From the NCBI GenBank assembly GCA_044352465.1, contig JBILDU010000005.1, positions 1-58,471 on the forward strand: a stretch of DNA of 58,471 bases, written 5' to 3'. Positions 37,827 to 47,132 of this stretch are shown one piece after another. Every line of letters begins with the position of its first letter. The first letter of the stretch is position 1. The position numbers were made by a program, and so were the translations under genes. The DNA comes from Bdellovibrionota bacterium. GTDB taxonomy: Bacteria; Bdellovibrionota_C; UBA2361. The notes beneath the pieces were generated by a model. That model searched no databases. It was not told the origin of the DNA and worked only from the letters and a program-made list of their open reading frames with translations.

Positions 37827-38852
37827 ATGGCTAGCTTCTCTCGGCGTAGGGCGATCTATTATTTCATTCTTACACTTCTGGTTAGTTTTGGACTGACTCA
37901 CACGGTAGCGGCTGAATCTGAGTCAAAGACCACAGAGGTGAAGACCGAAAAGGTTGTTATCTCTCAATTCGGCAAGGAAAAGTTTCTTCTCTATCTACCT
38001 CTCTATATCGCAATGGAAGAGGGGCTGTTTGCGAAGAGGGGTTTAGACATTGATCTAAGATTCGTGGGAAATGATGATCAGATTTTTGCTACCGTTATTA
38101 GCGGTGATGCGATGTTCGGAGTCGGCGACCCAGTGTTCGCAGCGATCTCAAGAGAGAAAGGTGGACCTGGCAGAATCGTTGCGATGATGATCACTAAATT
38201 AGGATTGTCAGGATATACCAACAAAAAAGAGATCCCAGACGTTGTTAAACCTGAAGACGCAAAGGGCTTAAGGATCAGTTCGTTTTCAGCACCATCTACC
38301 ACCTACACGCTACTAACAGAGTTCGTCAAAAATCACGATCTAGCTAAGTCTGGTACGAGAATTGTTCAGGCAGGTGTAGGTGCGCAACTCGCAACACTGG
38401 AAGCGGGACAAGTAGATATAGCAGTGGATCTTGAACCAACGGTTTCAATCGCAGAAAGCAAGGGCTATAGAGTAAACTTTTCTCTTGATAAGTTCACTGA
38501 TTCACAGGCTATCACTGGGATTTCAACTCTTGAATCAACGATTAAACAACGACCTGACTTAGTTCAGAAAGTCGTATCAAGTTTACAAGAAGCACTAGGG
38601 CTCTTACACAGCAATCGGGAAGTCTGTTTGCGAGTATCAAAAAAACTTTTCCCAACTTTGACCGAAGCGGTTGTGAGTAAAGCAGTAGATCGGATGCTAA
38701 GTCTCGGAGTTTACCCGAAGTCAGTTAAGGTTGATGACTCTTATTGGCAGCGGACGCTTAAGACACGTCTTGATTCTGGCGAGCTTAAGAAACCTCAGGC
38801 AACTGATTTCACAGTGGATAATCGCTTTGCTGAACAGGCGCTGAAGGAGTAA
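37827..38852 (+). CDS. ABC transporter substrate-binding protein (NMT1/THI5, NitT/TauT family)
   Basis: Signal peptide; YLPLYIAMEEGLF; GDP; PSTTY; GQVDIA..EP. Confidence 0.85.
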   Translation: MASFSRRRAIYYFILTLLVSFGLTHTVAAESESKTTEVKTEKVVISQFGKEKFLLYLPLYIAMEEGLFAKRGLDIDLRFVGNDDQIFATVISGDAMFGVGDPVFAAISREKGGPGRIVAMMITKLGLSGYTNKKEIPDVVKPEDAKGLRISSFSAPSTTYTLLTEFVKNHDLAKSGTRIVQAGVGAQLATLEAGQVDIAVDLEPTVSIAESKGYRVNFSLDKFTDSQAITGISTLESTIKQRPDLVQKVVSSLQEALGLLHSNREVCLRVSKKLFPTLTEAVVSKAVDRMLSLGVYPKSVKVDDSYWQRTLKTRLDSGELKKPQATDFTVDNRFAEQALKE

Positions 38853-38857
38853 GGCGC

Positions 38858-39652
38858 TTGGTGAGCGAGGATAGTAATATCATTTTATCAATTGAGAACC
38901 TCTCTAAGTCTTTTTCAGACAAAGGAGGCAATCTACTGGCTGTTATTGATGGGCTTACTCTCTCGTTATCGCAGGGAAAGATTACAACAATTCTGGGTGC
39001 GAGTGGGTGCGGGAAAACCACACTTCTAAAGATGTTGGCGGGGCTGGAATTACCCGATGGTGGTTCAGTTCACTCAAACATTACACGACCTGGAAGAGCT
39101 ATTGGCTATCTTCAACAATCTGAAAGATTACTCCCTTGGCGAACTGTTCTTGAGAATGTCGCATTAGGGTTAGAACTTATCGGTGAAGATAAGAATCAAG
39201 CACAGATTAAATCACGGGCACTACTTGACGAAGTTGGGATGCTAGACTTTTCATCGGTATACCCATCGCAGTTGTCTGGCGGGATGACTCAACGAGTATT
39301 GCTGGCACGCACTCTAATCACGGAACCTTCACTGCTACTACTAGATGAACCCCTTGGACAATTAGATTTAGTGGCGCGTAAAGAACTCGCTAGAACTATT
39401 CGGAACTATGTACACGAACACGCTGCGGCGGCGTTGTTGGTAACTCATTCTGTGGAGGAAGCGGTTTTTATATCAGACGTAGTTTTTACTCTAAGCAGAA
39501 GACCGTCAAAGATAGTAGAAAGATTTAATCTTGTCAGTGGCGCGGACGCGAAAGCAGATGGATCCTTAGACCGACAATCTTCATTTGATTTTATTCTTCA
39601 GGCACTTCTGAGAGCATTGGGCGCAAGTGGCGGCTCAGCGGGGGTGTTATGA
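38858..39652 (+). CDS. ABC transporter ATP-binding protein
   Basis: GASGCGKTT; LLPWRTV; LSGGMTQR; LLLDEP; VTH. Confidence 0.92.
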   Translation: MVSEDSNIILSIENLSKSFSDKGGNLLAVIDGLTLSLSQGKITTILGASGCGKTTLLKMLAGLELPDGGSVHSNITRPGRAIGYLQQSERLLPWRTVLENVALGLELIGEDKNQAQIKSRALLDEVGMLDFSSVYPSQLSGGMTQRVLLARTLITEPSLLLLDEPLGQLDLVARKELARTIRNYVHEHAAAALLVTHSVEEAVFISDVVFTLSRRPSKIVERFNLVSGADAKADGSLDRQSSFDFILQALLRALGASGGSAGVL

Positions 39653-40401
39653 AGAAGGCAAAACTCTTTATAGGATTTCTACCAGGCATTCTGTTTCTTT
39701 TGCTTTGGGAGTATTTTGTACACAATGATCAACGACTTCAGTTTCTTTTTTCCTCCCCATCTTTGATCGCTGAAGTCGCATACGCTGAACTTCAGGGCAC
39801 TTCGATCTGGAATGACATTTTTATCACCTCTTATGAAGCGATACTGGGACTGCTTTTGGGGTCTACTATTGGCACTCTGATCGGATTACTGCTTTGGACA
39901 AACGAAGCAGTCGCTAAAATATCTAGACCATATATTGTGATTCTTGGTTCTATACCGATATTTGCTATCGCACCGATGCTTATTATCTGGTTTGGCACTG
40001 GATTGCTTTCTAAGGTGATTATGTCGGCGTTCGCTGTTTTCTTTGTGGCATTGGCACAAGCATACGAAGGAGCACGACACTGTTCTGCGGAGTATTCGCA
40101 ATATGCGAGAACACTGAACGCTTCACGGTTTATTCTCATCAAGAAAATAATTGTTCCTGGTGCTTTACGTTGGGTATCGGCGGGTTTCAAAATGAGTATC
40201 GGGCTCGCGATTGTCGGAGCTTTTATTGGTGAGTTTGTTAGTTCGCAGGCGGGGCTCGGGCACTACATTCTAGGTGCTGGCTCGCTTTACGATATGGCGC
40301 GTGTAGTGTTTGGCGTTGTTCTCATCTCGGCGCTAGCACTGACTTTAACCTCGGCGGTTTGGCTCATTGAACGATGGAAACCGCACCTTTTTGCGCGTTA
40401 A
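39649..40401 (+). CDS. ABC transporter permease (NitT/TauT family)
   Basis: IPIFAIAPMLIIWFG; GAFIGEF..SQAGLG; ATGA overlap with the ATPase gene. Confidence 0.92.
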   Translation: MKKAKLFIGFLPGILFLLLWEYFVHNDQRLQFLFSSPSLIAEVAYAELQGTSIWNDIFITSYEAILGLLLGSTIGTLIGLLLWTNEAVAKISRPYIVILGSIPIFAIAPMLIIWFGTGLLSKVIMSAFAVFFVALAQAYEGARHCSAEYSQYARTLNASRFILIKKIIVPGALRWVSAGFKMSIGLAIVGAFIGEFVSSQAGLGHYILGAGSLYDMARVVFGVVLISALALTLTSAVWLIERWKPHLFAR

Positions 40402-40416
40402 TTTGGTTAGGAAGGT

Positions 40417-40782
40417 TCATTGCTTTTTTGATTTCGCTGACAGGATTTTCTCAATCGTTTTCTGAATATTTTCAGCATCAAGAACACCAGTAGTGCTAAT
40501 ATTATTCGTGCTCGCGGACATCTCAGCATAAATCTTCATCGCACCAGCAAACTCAAACGCAACCTGAAAAATCAGATCAATCTTTTTATTCTGATCATCT
40601 TCGCGCACCCCTTGACGGCAATCGTTCTGGATCTGACTAAGTGCGCTAAGAAGTTTTGTCTTATTGGCGGCGTGTTGACGGTTTTGACCTATGGCAAACC
40701 CCTTTCCGACAAGGCTTTCATCTATTTTGCTCTCTGGGCGGTTATCGGAGATATGCTCGGCGAATGATTTTCTCGGTTTCAT
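40417..40782 (-). CDS. Hypothetical element protein
   Basis: 121-aa ORF, 4-nt overlap with the upstream small ORF. Confidence 0.55.
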   Translation of the reverse strand: MKPRKSFAEHISDNRPESKIDESLVGKGFAIGQNRQHAANKTKLLSALSQIQNDCRQGVREDDQNKKIDLIFQVAFEFAGAMKIYAEMSASTNNISTTGVLDAENIQKTIEKILSAKSKKQ

Positions 40783-40976
40783 TTTATCTTGATTGAAATC
40801 AATATGACGTCTCTGTGATCGGCAAAGTGCGCTTTGGCTTTTTTGATAAACGCACTAATTTTAGCGTTCCTTTGTGGATCAGGTTCAGCGCGCTGGACGA
40901 GTTCGGTTATCACCTCTAAAATGTCGGCTTTGTTGATCTGGCGCAGTAGTTCAGCTTTGGATATTAACTTCGGCAC
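40779..40976 (-). CDS. Small hypothetical element protein
   Basis: 65-aa ORF tightly packed between its neighbours. Confidence 0.45.
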   Translation of the reverse strand: MPKLISKAELLRQINKADILEVITELVQRAEPDPQRNAKISAFIKKAKAHFADHRDVILISIKIK

Positions 40977-40977
40977 T

Positions 40978-41223
40978 TTATCTCTCTCTATCGGATAAGT
41001 GCTGCTGAAGGCGGCGGTGTGTTCGGTCTTTGCGATCTCGTTCTTGGAAATAGATTTCTAACTGGCTCAACTCTTGGTCAATTTGATTGCGCAGGTACAG
41101 TCTTATCAAAGCTAGGCGAGTGGTGTCTCTTGATGTGGCTATAGTGTCTAACTCTTCTACCATCTCACTTGGAATTAAAAGTCTAAGTTGGGCTATCTCT
41201 TTCTTGTTAATGGACATAGGCAA
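40978..41223 (-). CDS. Ribbon-helix-helix (CopG-like) protein
   Basis: QLRLLIPSEMVEELDTIA...TRLALIRLYL beta-alpha-alpha pattern. Confidence 0.65.
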   Translation of the reverse strand: MPMSINKKEIAQLRLLIPSEMVEELDTIATSRDTTRLALIRLYLRNQIDQELSQLEIYFQERDRKDRTHRRLQQHLSDRER

Positions 41224-41449
41224 TGCTCTTTTAATGTTTTTAATTTTATATACTTTGTATTTATAGGATCGGGTCTTGAAGAATTGAACTTGCTGGCGCT
41301 ACGTTCAATTACTCGCTTTGCTCGTTGGCATCTGTTAATGACTTTGTTTCAGATTTTGGATAAAGCAATGACACTGCGGCACTCAAACCGATAAGGAAGC
41401 AAGACGACCGCGGCAACGAAAACAGCGTAGCTGATACCCAGTGTGGTCT

Positions 41450-41944
41450 TTACGAGCAAAACTCTGTGGAAATTATGAAGTTCTCAAAGTTTTGCTCTAT
41501 GAAGCAGTCTTTTGTCGTATAGAAGGAGACCTTTCGTAAATCTTCTTCAGTGTTAATTAAATCAATTTTGATATTACCTGCTGGACAAAGTTTCTTCCAA
41601 ATCGGGTTGGCGATTTCAATAAAATGCTCAGTTTTACCGATAGGTGGAGTCAATAGAAGGTGATAATGAAAGTTGGAGTTCAGTTTTTCTGGAAAAGCAA
41701 AGAAGAAGGTTCGCTTGCTTTTGCTTACCCTATAGAAGTTCTTACCGTAAAACGTATAGTCAACATTTTTGTGAAATCGCTTGATGAGGTTTCTTGCTCT
41801 TTCGGGTGATGAGAAATCATTGATAACTGCTGTCGCGAAGACCTTTGGGTGAGTTGAATGGACAAGTTGTCTAATCGCTTCTTTAAGTTCTTTGCGGCGG
41901 TCGTAGAAACTTTTGCTTTCGTAATACATATTTTTAACCTTCAA
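41450..41944 (-). CDS. Small HUH endonuclease (rolling-circle Rep/relaxase-like)
   Basis: FFAFPE..NFHYHLLL (HUH), W, and FYTTKD (YxxK candidate catalytic Tyr). Confidence 0.65.
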   Translation of the reverse strand: MKVKNMYYESKSFYDRRKELKEAIRQLVHSTHPKVFATAVINDFSSPERARNLIKRFHKNVDYTFYGKNFYRVSKSKRTFFFAFPEKLNSNFHYHLLLTPPIGKTEHFIEIANPIWKKLCPAGNIKIDLINTEEDLRKVSFYTTKDCFIEQNFENFIISTEFCS

Positions 41945-42251
41945 AAAATGGTTGGTGTCTCAACGCTGTACACAGAATATTTAGGCAACAAAGGGTCAGT
42001 TTTTTGGTCATTGGAGAACTTTTTTTGAAAAATTGACCTGAAAAGATCGTTATTTGACCGATTTAAGGGTCTTAGTCGGGGGTTCGTGATCTTGGATAGC
42101 TCTAGACTGATAACAGAAGACACAATATATGACGCTCTGACCTAACCCATCTAGGCGACTTGGCTTTTACTTCGTGGCAGGCAGACGTTCATTGGAACTG
42201 ATAATCTTACGATACCTCCTTCAGAAATAATGACATTCAAGTGAGGTTTTT

Positions 42252-42848
42252 ATGTTGAAGAAGCAAGCAAAGGTTTTAAGTGATCAGCAGGTGAAAGCGG
42301 TTCTCAAATATCTTGAAAGTTGTCCACGCAACTCACTACGAAATCAGGTGATGTTTTTACTTTCTCTTCACGGTCTGCGAGCAAAAGAGATTGCTGAACT
42401 ACAGGTAAGTATGATCGTGAACTCTAACGGTCAAATCAGCGATGTAATCGCATTGGAAGATAAGGCTTCAAAGGGCACCTCTGGCAGGCTTATACCGATG
42501 AATAAACTGCTTAGAACTCGTCTGAGTGATTATCTTGGAGATCGGCTTAACGCTTTTTCAGATTATGTAATTCAAACCGAACGATCAGGAAAGTTCAGTG
42601 CTAACGCTATCGTGGTGCTATTCAAAAGGCTCTATTTCAAGCTGGGCTTTGTCGGTTGTTCATCTCATTCGGGCAGACGAACCTTTATCACTAACTGTGC
42701 GCGGCGTACTTCAACTGTCGGTGGATCTCTTCGTGATGTAATGGCACTTGTCGGTCATAAAAACTTGGCGGTGACCCAACGCTATGTAGATGTTAATTCT
42801 GAAGCACAACGCGCACTCGTGGATGGTCTATATTCTGGAATTAAGTGA
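42252..42848 (+). CDS. Short tyrosine recombinase/resolvase (catalytic domain only)
   Basis: GLRAKEI; KG; SSHSGRRTF; VGH; TQRY. Confidence 0.9.
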   Translation: MLKKQAKVLSDQQVKAVLKYLESCPRNSLRNQVMFLLSLHGLRAKEIAELQVSMIVNSNGQISDVIALEDKASKGTSGRLIPMNKLLRTRLSDYLGDRLNAFSDYVIQTERSGKFSANAIVVLFKRLYFKLGFVGCSSHSGRRTFITNCARRTSTVGGSLRDVMALVGHKNLAVTQRYVDVNSEAQRALVDGLYSGIK

Positions 42849-42964
42849 AGAGTTGCATTGTGTACCACTTTTTAGCACACTTAGTGGCACACTTTAGGGT
42901 AGAGCGGCTTAAAAATCTTCAATACTCCTGAATGGTTAGGTACGAAAATGGTCAAAGTAATCGT

Positions 42965-42980
42965 TTCCCCCCACCTCCAC
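42965..42980 (+). repeat. att core, distal junction (displaced tmRNA 3' fragment)
   Basis: TTCCCCCCACCTCCAC. Confidence 0.9.
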
Positions 42981-43197
42981 TCGACTCGCTCCGCTCGCTC
43001 GTGGCAGGCCACTCAACCCTTGAGCGAGTCGAGTGCCCTGAGTAAGGGAGCGTAGCGACCGCATCGAAGGGCTGTCTGTAAATCGCTCCGCTCGCTCGTG
43101 GCAGGCCACTCAACCCTTGAGCGAGTCGAGTGCCCTGAGTAAGGGAGCGTAGCGACCGCATCGAAGGGCAGGCATGCGACCGTGTGAGCGAGTCGAG
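42980..43197. repeat. REP-like palindromic repeat cluster: two identical 87-bp copies (42986-43072, 43083-43169) plus a partial third
   Basis: Direct repeats with 97-bp period; inverted repeat ctcgactcgctc/gagcgagtcgag; partial tgagcgagtcgag at 43185-43197. Confidence 0.85.
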
Positions 43198-43205
43198 CGG
43201 TCCTT

Positions 43206-43490
43206 TTATTTTACCGTTCTCCTGGCAAGCTCCTTAAGCGCTTCCAAATTTCCAGAAACTAAAGCCAGCTTCTTCTTCCCACTCCATCTCTTGATCTGTT
43301 TTTCCCTCTTCAGGGCGATTTGTTGGGATTCGTGGTGCTCGTGATATACGAGCTCCCAGGGTCTGAACTTCGCAGTATGAGGTGATTTGCCTTGATTATG
43401 GGCAATCAGGCGAGCAGCTAGATCAGTGGTGCTGCCGATGTACAGCTGCCCCTGCCACCCAATACTTCTCAAGATATACACATACACCAT
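43206..43490 (-). CDS. Small GIY-YIG nuclease (YhbQ/Slx-like)
   Basis: YVYIL; LYIGST; RL..HN; RPWELVY; ALKREKQIK.W. Confidence 0.92.
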   Translation of the reverse strand: MVYVYILRSIGWQGQLYIGSTTDLAARLIAHNQGKSPHTAKFRPWELVYHEHHESQQIALKREKQIKRWSGKKKLALVSGNLEALKELARRTVK

Positions 43491-43541
43491 GCCTATTTAA
43501 TCGGTATGGACGCATGAAAGTTGCTATAGCAACATAAGTCT

Positions 43542-43960
43542 TCAGATTTTCTTCCTCATAAGAATCATCTGACCTCCCACCGCACCATAGGTATCTGCTT
43601 GCGGGTGATATCCAATTCTTTCGTAGAACTTCTTCGAGGTAATACTCGATCGCAGAGGTACCTCAGTAGCCCCTCGACTCTTTGCAAAATCCTCAAGATG
43701 TCTCACTAGGAGCTTGCCACACCCCATGCCGCGCTTCGACGGATCTACGAAAAACTGCCCGAGCCTCTTCTCCTCGGCGTATGCCGGTAGCAACTATCGT
43801 ATTATTCGAAACCGCACCGAAGGTTTCAGCTCCCGCGAGCCATTTCGCTCCATAAGCGAAAACGAGCGTCGAACGCCCTCCCGTGGCGTGTCCCCCTCCG
43901 ACGGCACGGACAGCGATCTCTCTGAGCCGGCACGTCAATAGCATGGACGTTCGCTCACGA
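43542..43960 (-). pseudogene. Frameshifted GNAT acetyltransferase
   Basis: ETFGAVSNNTIVATG..EARAVF lies in one frame and VDPSKRGMGCGKLL..KKFYERIGY in another; one extra T in the T run near 43750-43754; the 5' end looks decayed. Confidence 0.7.
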
Positions 43961-44088
43961 CGAGCTGGTGCGCGTCTTTCGAGATGCGATTTGACTATAC
44001 CGGGAAGACGGTAAGTGCGCTGGCTATGACGGGCGGCGGTCCGCAGAGGTATTTTTAGTTGACTTTCCGGTTCAGTACTTATATTTCT

Positions 44089-44113
44089 TATCGTATAACT
44101 ACGATATACGATA
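44089..44113 (+). promoter_or_regulatory. Candidate ArsR operator
   Basis: TATCGTA-taac-TACGATA inverted repeat plus a second TACGATA directly before the arsR ATG; TTGACT upstream. Confidence 0.6.
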
Positions 44114-44455
44114 ATGGTCGCCCCAAAGAAAAACGATTTCCCGGAGAGCGATGTCACCCTTGCTGAGCTAGCGCGGGCGCTTTCGCATCCTGCTCGGATT
44201 GCAATTCTCAGGGTGCTCGCCGCTCGACGTCGATGTATCTGCGGGGAGATAGTGGATGAGTTACCGCTATCTCAGTCGACGGTTTCCCAGCATTTAAGGG
44301 CCTTGCACCTAGCCGGTTTGATAGAGGGGGAGTTCGTTGGCCCTAAGACGTGTTATTGCCTTAACGAGGCAGGGATAGCGAAGCTTCAAAAGGTCTTTCC
44401 GGCGTTCGTTGGCCGGATACACGCGGGGGTTGTAAAGTTAAAGAAGTGTTGTTGA
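44114..44455 (+). CDS. arsR: ArsR-family metalloregulator
   Basis: [28 protein letters not shown]-terminal CC. Confidence 0.9.
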   Translation: MVAPKKNDFPESDVTLAELARALSHPARIAILRVLAARRRCICGEIVDELPLSQSTVSQHLRALHLAGLIEGEFVGPKTCYCLNEAGIAKLQKVFPAFVGRIHAGVVKLKKCC

Positions 44456-44469
44456 TGAAGGAGGACGTG

Positions 44470-45294
44470 ATGGAATCTGCCGAAGAGCTCAAGAGACTCG
44501 TCCGTGAAAAATATGGTCAGATTGCTGGCGGGTCGAGCAGTTGCTGCTCAACGACGTGCTGTGGTGTCGCTGAGACGAATGCGGCTGACTACACCATCTT
44601 TGCCGAGGATTATTCGCATTTGACGGGGTATACTGCAGCGGCAGACCTCAGACTCGGATGCGGTGTCCCTACCGAGTACGCGGCGATTAAGCCGGGAGAT
44701 GTGGTGGTCGATCTCGGCTCTGGCGCCGGTAATGATGCGTTTGTTGCCCGAAGTCTTACCGGCTCGGCTGGCAAGGTAATCGGTATCGATATGACCCCCC
44801 AGATGATTGAGAAGGCGCGAGCCAACGCAACAGCGCTCGGGGTCCAGAACGTAGAGTTTTTGCTCGGTGAGATAGAGGCGATGCCGCTGAGCGAGAAGAG
44901 CGTCGATGTTGTTATCAGTAATTGTGTTCTCAACCTCGTTCCAAACAAAGCGGGCGCTTTCCGCGAAATTTTTCGAATACTAAAGCCGGGCGCTCATTTT
45001 TCGATCTCTGATGTCGTGCTTGTATCGCCGCTTCCAGGGGAGCTACAGCGCGCAGCGGAGATGTATGCAGGGTGTGTCGCTGGTGCGATGTTAAAGACGG
45101 ATTACCTGGCAACTATCGAGCGCCAAGGGTTTCAAAATGTGAGGATTCAGATCGAGAAGCCGATCTCTATCCCCGATGATGTTCTGGCCAAGTATCTTGA
45201 TGCAACGGCGATGCAAGCCCTGAAGTCGCAGGGGCCGGTGATCTGGAGTTTGACCGTATACGGGGAGAGGCCGGTTGAGAGTAGGGAGCGGTAA
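44470..45294 (+). CDS. arsM: Arsenite S-adenosylmethionine methyltransferase
   Basis: N-terminal CC..CC; LGCGVP; DLGSGAG; SNCVLNL; AGCVAGA. Confidence 0.92.
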   Translation: MESAEELKRLVREKYGQIAGGSSSCCSTTCCGVAETNAADYTIFAEDYSHLTGYTAAADLRLGCGVPTEYAAIKPGDVVVDLGSGAGNDAFVARSLTGSAGKVIGIDMTPQMIEKARANATALGVQNVEFLLGEIEAMPLSEKSVDVVISNCVLNLVPNKAGAFREIFRILKPGAHFSISDVVLVSPLPGELQRAAEMYAGCVAGAMLKTDYLATIERQGFQNVRIQIEKPISIPDDVLAKYLDATAMQALKSQGPVIWSLTVYGERPVESRER

Positions 45295-45344
45295 CCCCTC
45301 TGACGTTAATACGATCGTCTCTTCGTGCAGATGGAGATTAAAGT

Positions 45345-45527
45345 GTGGGGGGCGTCACTGCTGCGGAGAGACATAAACGGGTTCTCTTCTTTTGCACCGG
45401 GAACTCGTGTCGTAGTCAAATGGCTGACGGATTGGCAAATCATTTGTATGCGGACGTCTTGGAGTCTTGCTCCGCTGGCACACGGCCGCACGTAGTGGCC
45501 GTACGGTATCGGGGCATTTTTTGTTAG
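45345..45527 (+). pseudogene. arsC: Truncated arsenate reductase (LMW-PTP/ArsC type)
   Basis: VLFFCTGNSCRSQMADG..SAGTRPH, then premature stop at about 60 aa. Confidence 0.75.
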
Positions 45528-46054
45528 ACTCGCTAGTTTCAATGGGTGGTTCGTGGATCTCGCATTGACTGAGCACCGCAGCCCGACGATCGAGGCGCGT
45601 CCGCATGAAGTGGGGCTCCAGTTTGAGGAAGGGATCGCCGCCTCGCCGGCCGCGTTCGTGGATAGTATTGCGCTCTCCCTCGAGCTACGGGGGCGTCGGC
45701 GGATCTCAATCTTGCTGGTCTCGATGTGACGAAGCGGTGGTCGGTGAAGGCTGCTTTTCTCCGGCTCGATGCGCCGGAGCTTGATCAACACGGTGAGGTA
45801 ACAGGGAACGATAGTCGCTTCTCGATAGGGCTCAATCCCTTAAAGCCAGGCCTGTAGCTGGTGTGGACGTGGCTTGAGCATGCGGGGGCGCCTATTTCTT
45901 TGAACGCTATGCAACGCTCCGAGGTGTTTGATCGCGTTGCGTCGATGATCTGAATTTTAACCCCGATTCGCGGCATCGCCTAGCAGGAGATTCCCGGTGC
46001 GAGGGGAAGTCCCGGTGAATGCGACTCTCAGCGCGCCAGCCTCGTGCAGGCCGG

Positions 46055-46972
46055 CTAACTGCGGATAAACACTTTCTTCCCGGCTGGCGTTGGGGTGGCT
46101 CCATCTGGAGGTGTCGGGGTTGGGGTCGATGTTGATTCCGGAGGGGGCGTGTTCGTCGGAGTTGGGGATGGTATTGGTGTCGGCGTCGGCGAGCCGTCAG
46201 GGGTGCATTGGAGCTTTATTCCAGGGCATCGACATACATACAACACGGCCAAGCACCCTGAGTTGGGGTAAATAACTTCGCACTGCCCGTTAAGTTCGCC
46301 GCCGTCACCGGCCCACGGCTCGCATCCGGAGATATGCGAGCCTTCAGGGCAGCAGAGCGTGGCACTTGAGGAAGCGCTCCCTGCCGACGCATTTAAAGTA
46401 ACGCAGCGGCGCTCTTCGCCGCCAGCGATCTCGGCTTGAAGCATACTGCAGACCGAGCCGAAGAATTGCTCGAAGAACGCACAGAGCGGACCACAGTCAA
46501 ATAGGGAGGTAAAACCGCAGTCCTCGCCCGGACACTCGCTTGGCAGGGGGCAGCATTGATCGGGGTTCCGTGGAAGCGTATTTTCCGGACAGGGGCACTG
46601 GGCGTTAAGCCAGGCGATACAAGCATTTTGGTAATTCTCGTAGGTGTTCATCCCCTCCGAGGTATAGCCGCACAGTGGTCCGTTGGTAGCCGGATCGCAG
46701 CGACACGAATTAAACATCGATGCTGGGCAGTTAGAATCTCGGTACGATTCGAGGTTCGGAGCAGGTGGTCCACCGAATTGGCCCGCGCAGTGACACGGGC
46801 AAGGTTGAGGGGCGGGATTGGAGTCCGGTGTCGCCGTTGGGGCCGTCAATTGCCCAAGCAGCTCAAGGGGGAAAAGGCAGAGAATGACCCACAACGTCCT
46901 TATGAAAAGTGGCGAGCCTACGTTGGCGCTGCCCCTCAGAGGTTGAACTGGATGGTTAGCGTGTGGCGCCAT
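46055..46972 (-). CDS. Secreted Cys-rich protein with a Pro-Thr repeat tail
   Basis: Hydrophobic signal-like segment; 27 Cys counted by hand; PTPTPIPSPTPT tail. Confidence 0.65.
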   Translation of the reverse strand: MAPHANHPVQPLRGSANVGSPLFIRTLWVILCLFPLELLGQLTAPTATPDSNPAPQPCPCHCAGQFGGPPAPNLESYRDSNCPASMFNSCRCDPATNGPLCGYTSEGMNTYENYQNACIAWLNAQCPCPENTLPRNPDQCCPLPSECPGEDCGFTSLFDCGPLCAFFEQFFGSVCSMLQAEIAGGEERRCVTLNASAGSASSSATLCCPEGSHISGCEPWAGDGGELNGQCEVIYPNSGCLAVLYVCRCPGIKLQCTPDGSPTPTPIPSPTPTNTPPPESTSTPTPTPPDGATPTPAGKKVFIRS

Positions 46973-47132
46973 GATGTGTTAAAACATAGGGCTTAGGGGA
47001 AGAGCGGTCAAGTTGGTTATCGGCGGAGTGCGCTCTTTTGAGCGTTTCGACCTTTGCTGAATCTATTGAGGCGGTTTTAAGAATGGGCAGGCGCGCACTT
47101 TTCAAACCTCTTCAGGCTGAAGGTAACTTTGA

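Larger units (their letters stand above)
36044..42980. mobile_element. Integrative element (~6.9 kb) inserted in the 3' end of ssrA
   Basis: 16-bp direct repeat TTCCCCCCACCTCCAC at 36044-36059 and 42965-42980; integrase next to the left end; interior visibly AT-richer than the flanks. Confidence 0.9.

Noticed and set aside
36216..42848. Prophage or integron
   Set aside because: No structural or lysis genes; no attC-like cassette array or IntI-type features seen
42952..43161. 69-aa ORF over the repeats
   Set aside because: Translation of palindromic repeat DNA spanning the att site
42986..43169. 87-bp direct repeats as a CRISPR array
   Set aside because: Only two long units with a 10-nt gap, no unique spacers and no cas genes
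45306..46104. Several short ORFs after arsM as a transposase remnant
   Set aside because: No recognisable catalytic motif or terminal inverted repeats; left unannotated
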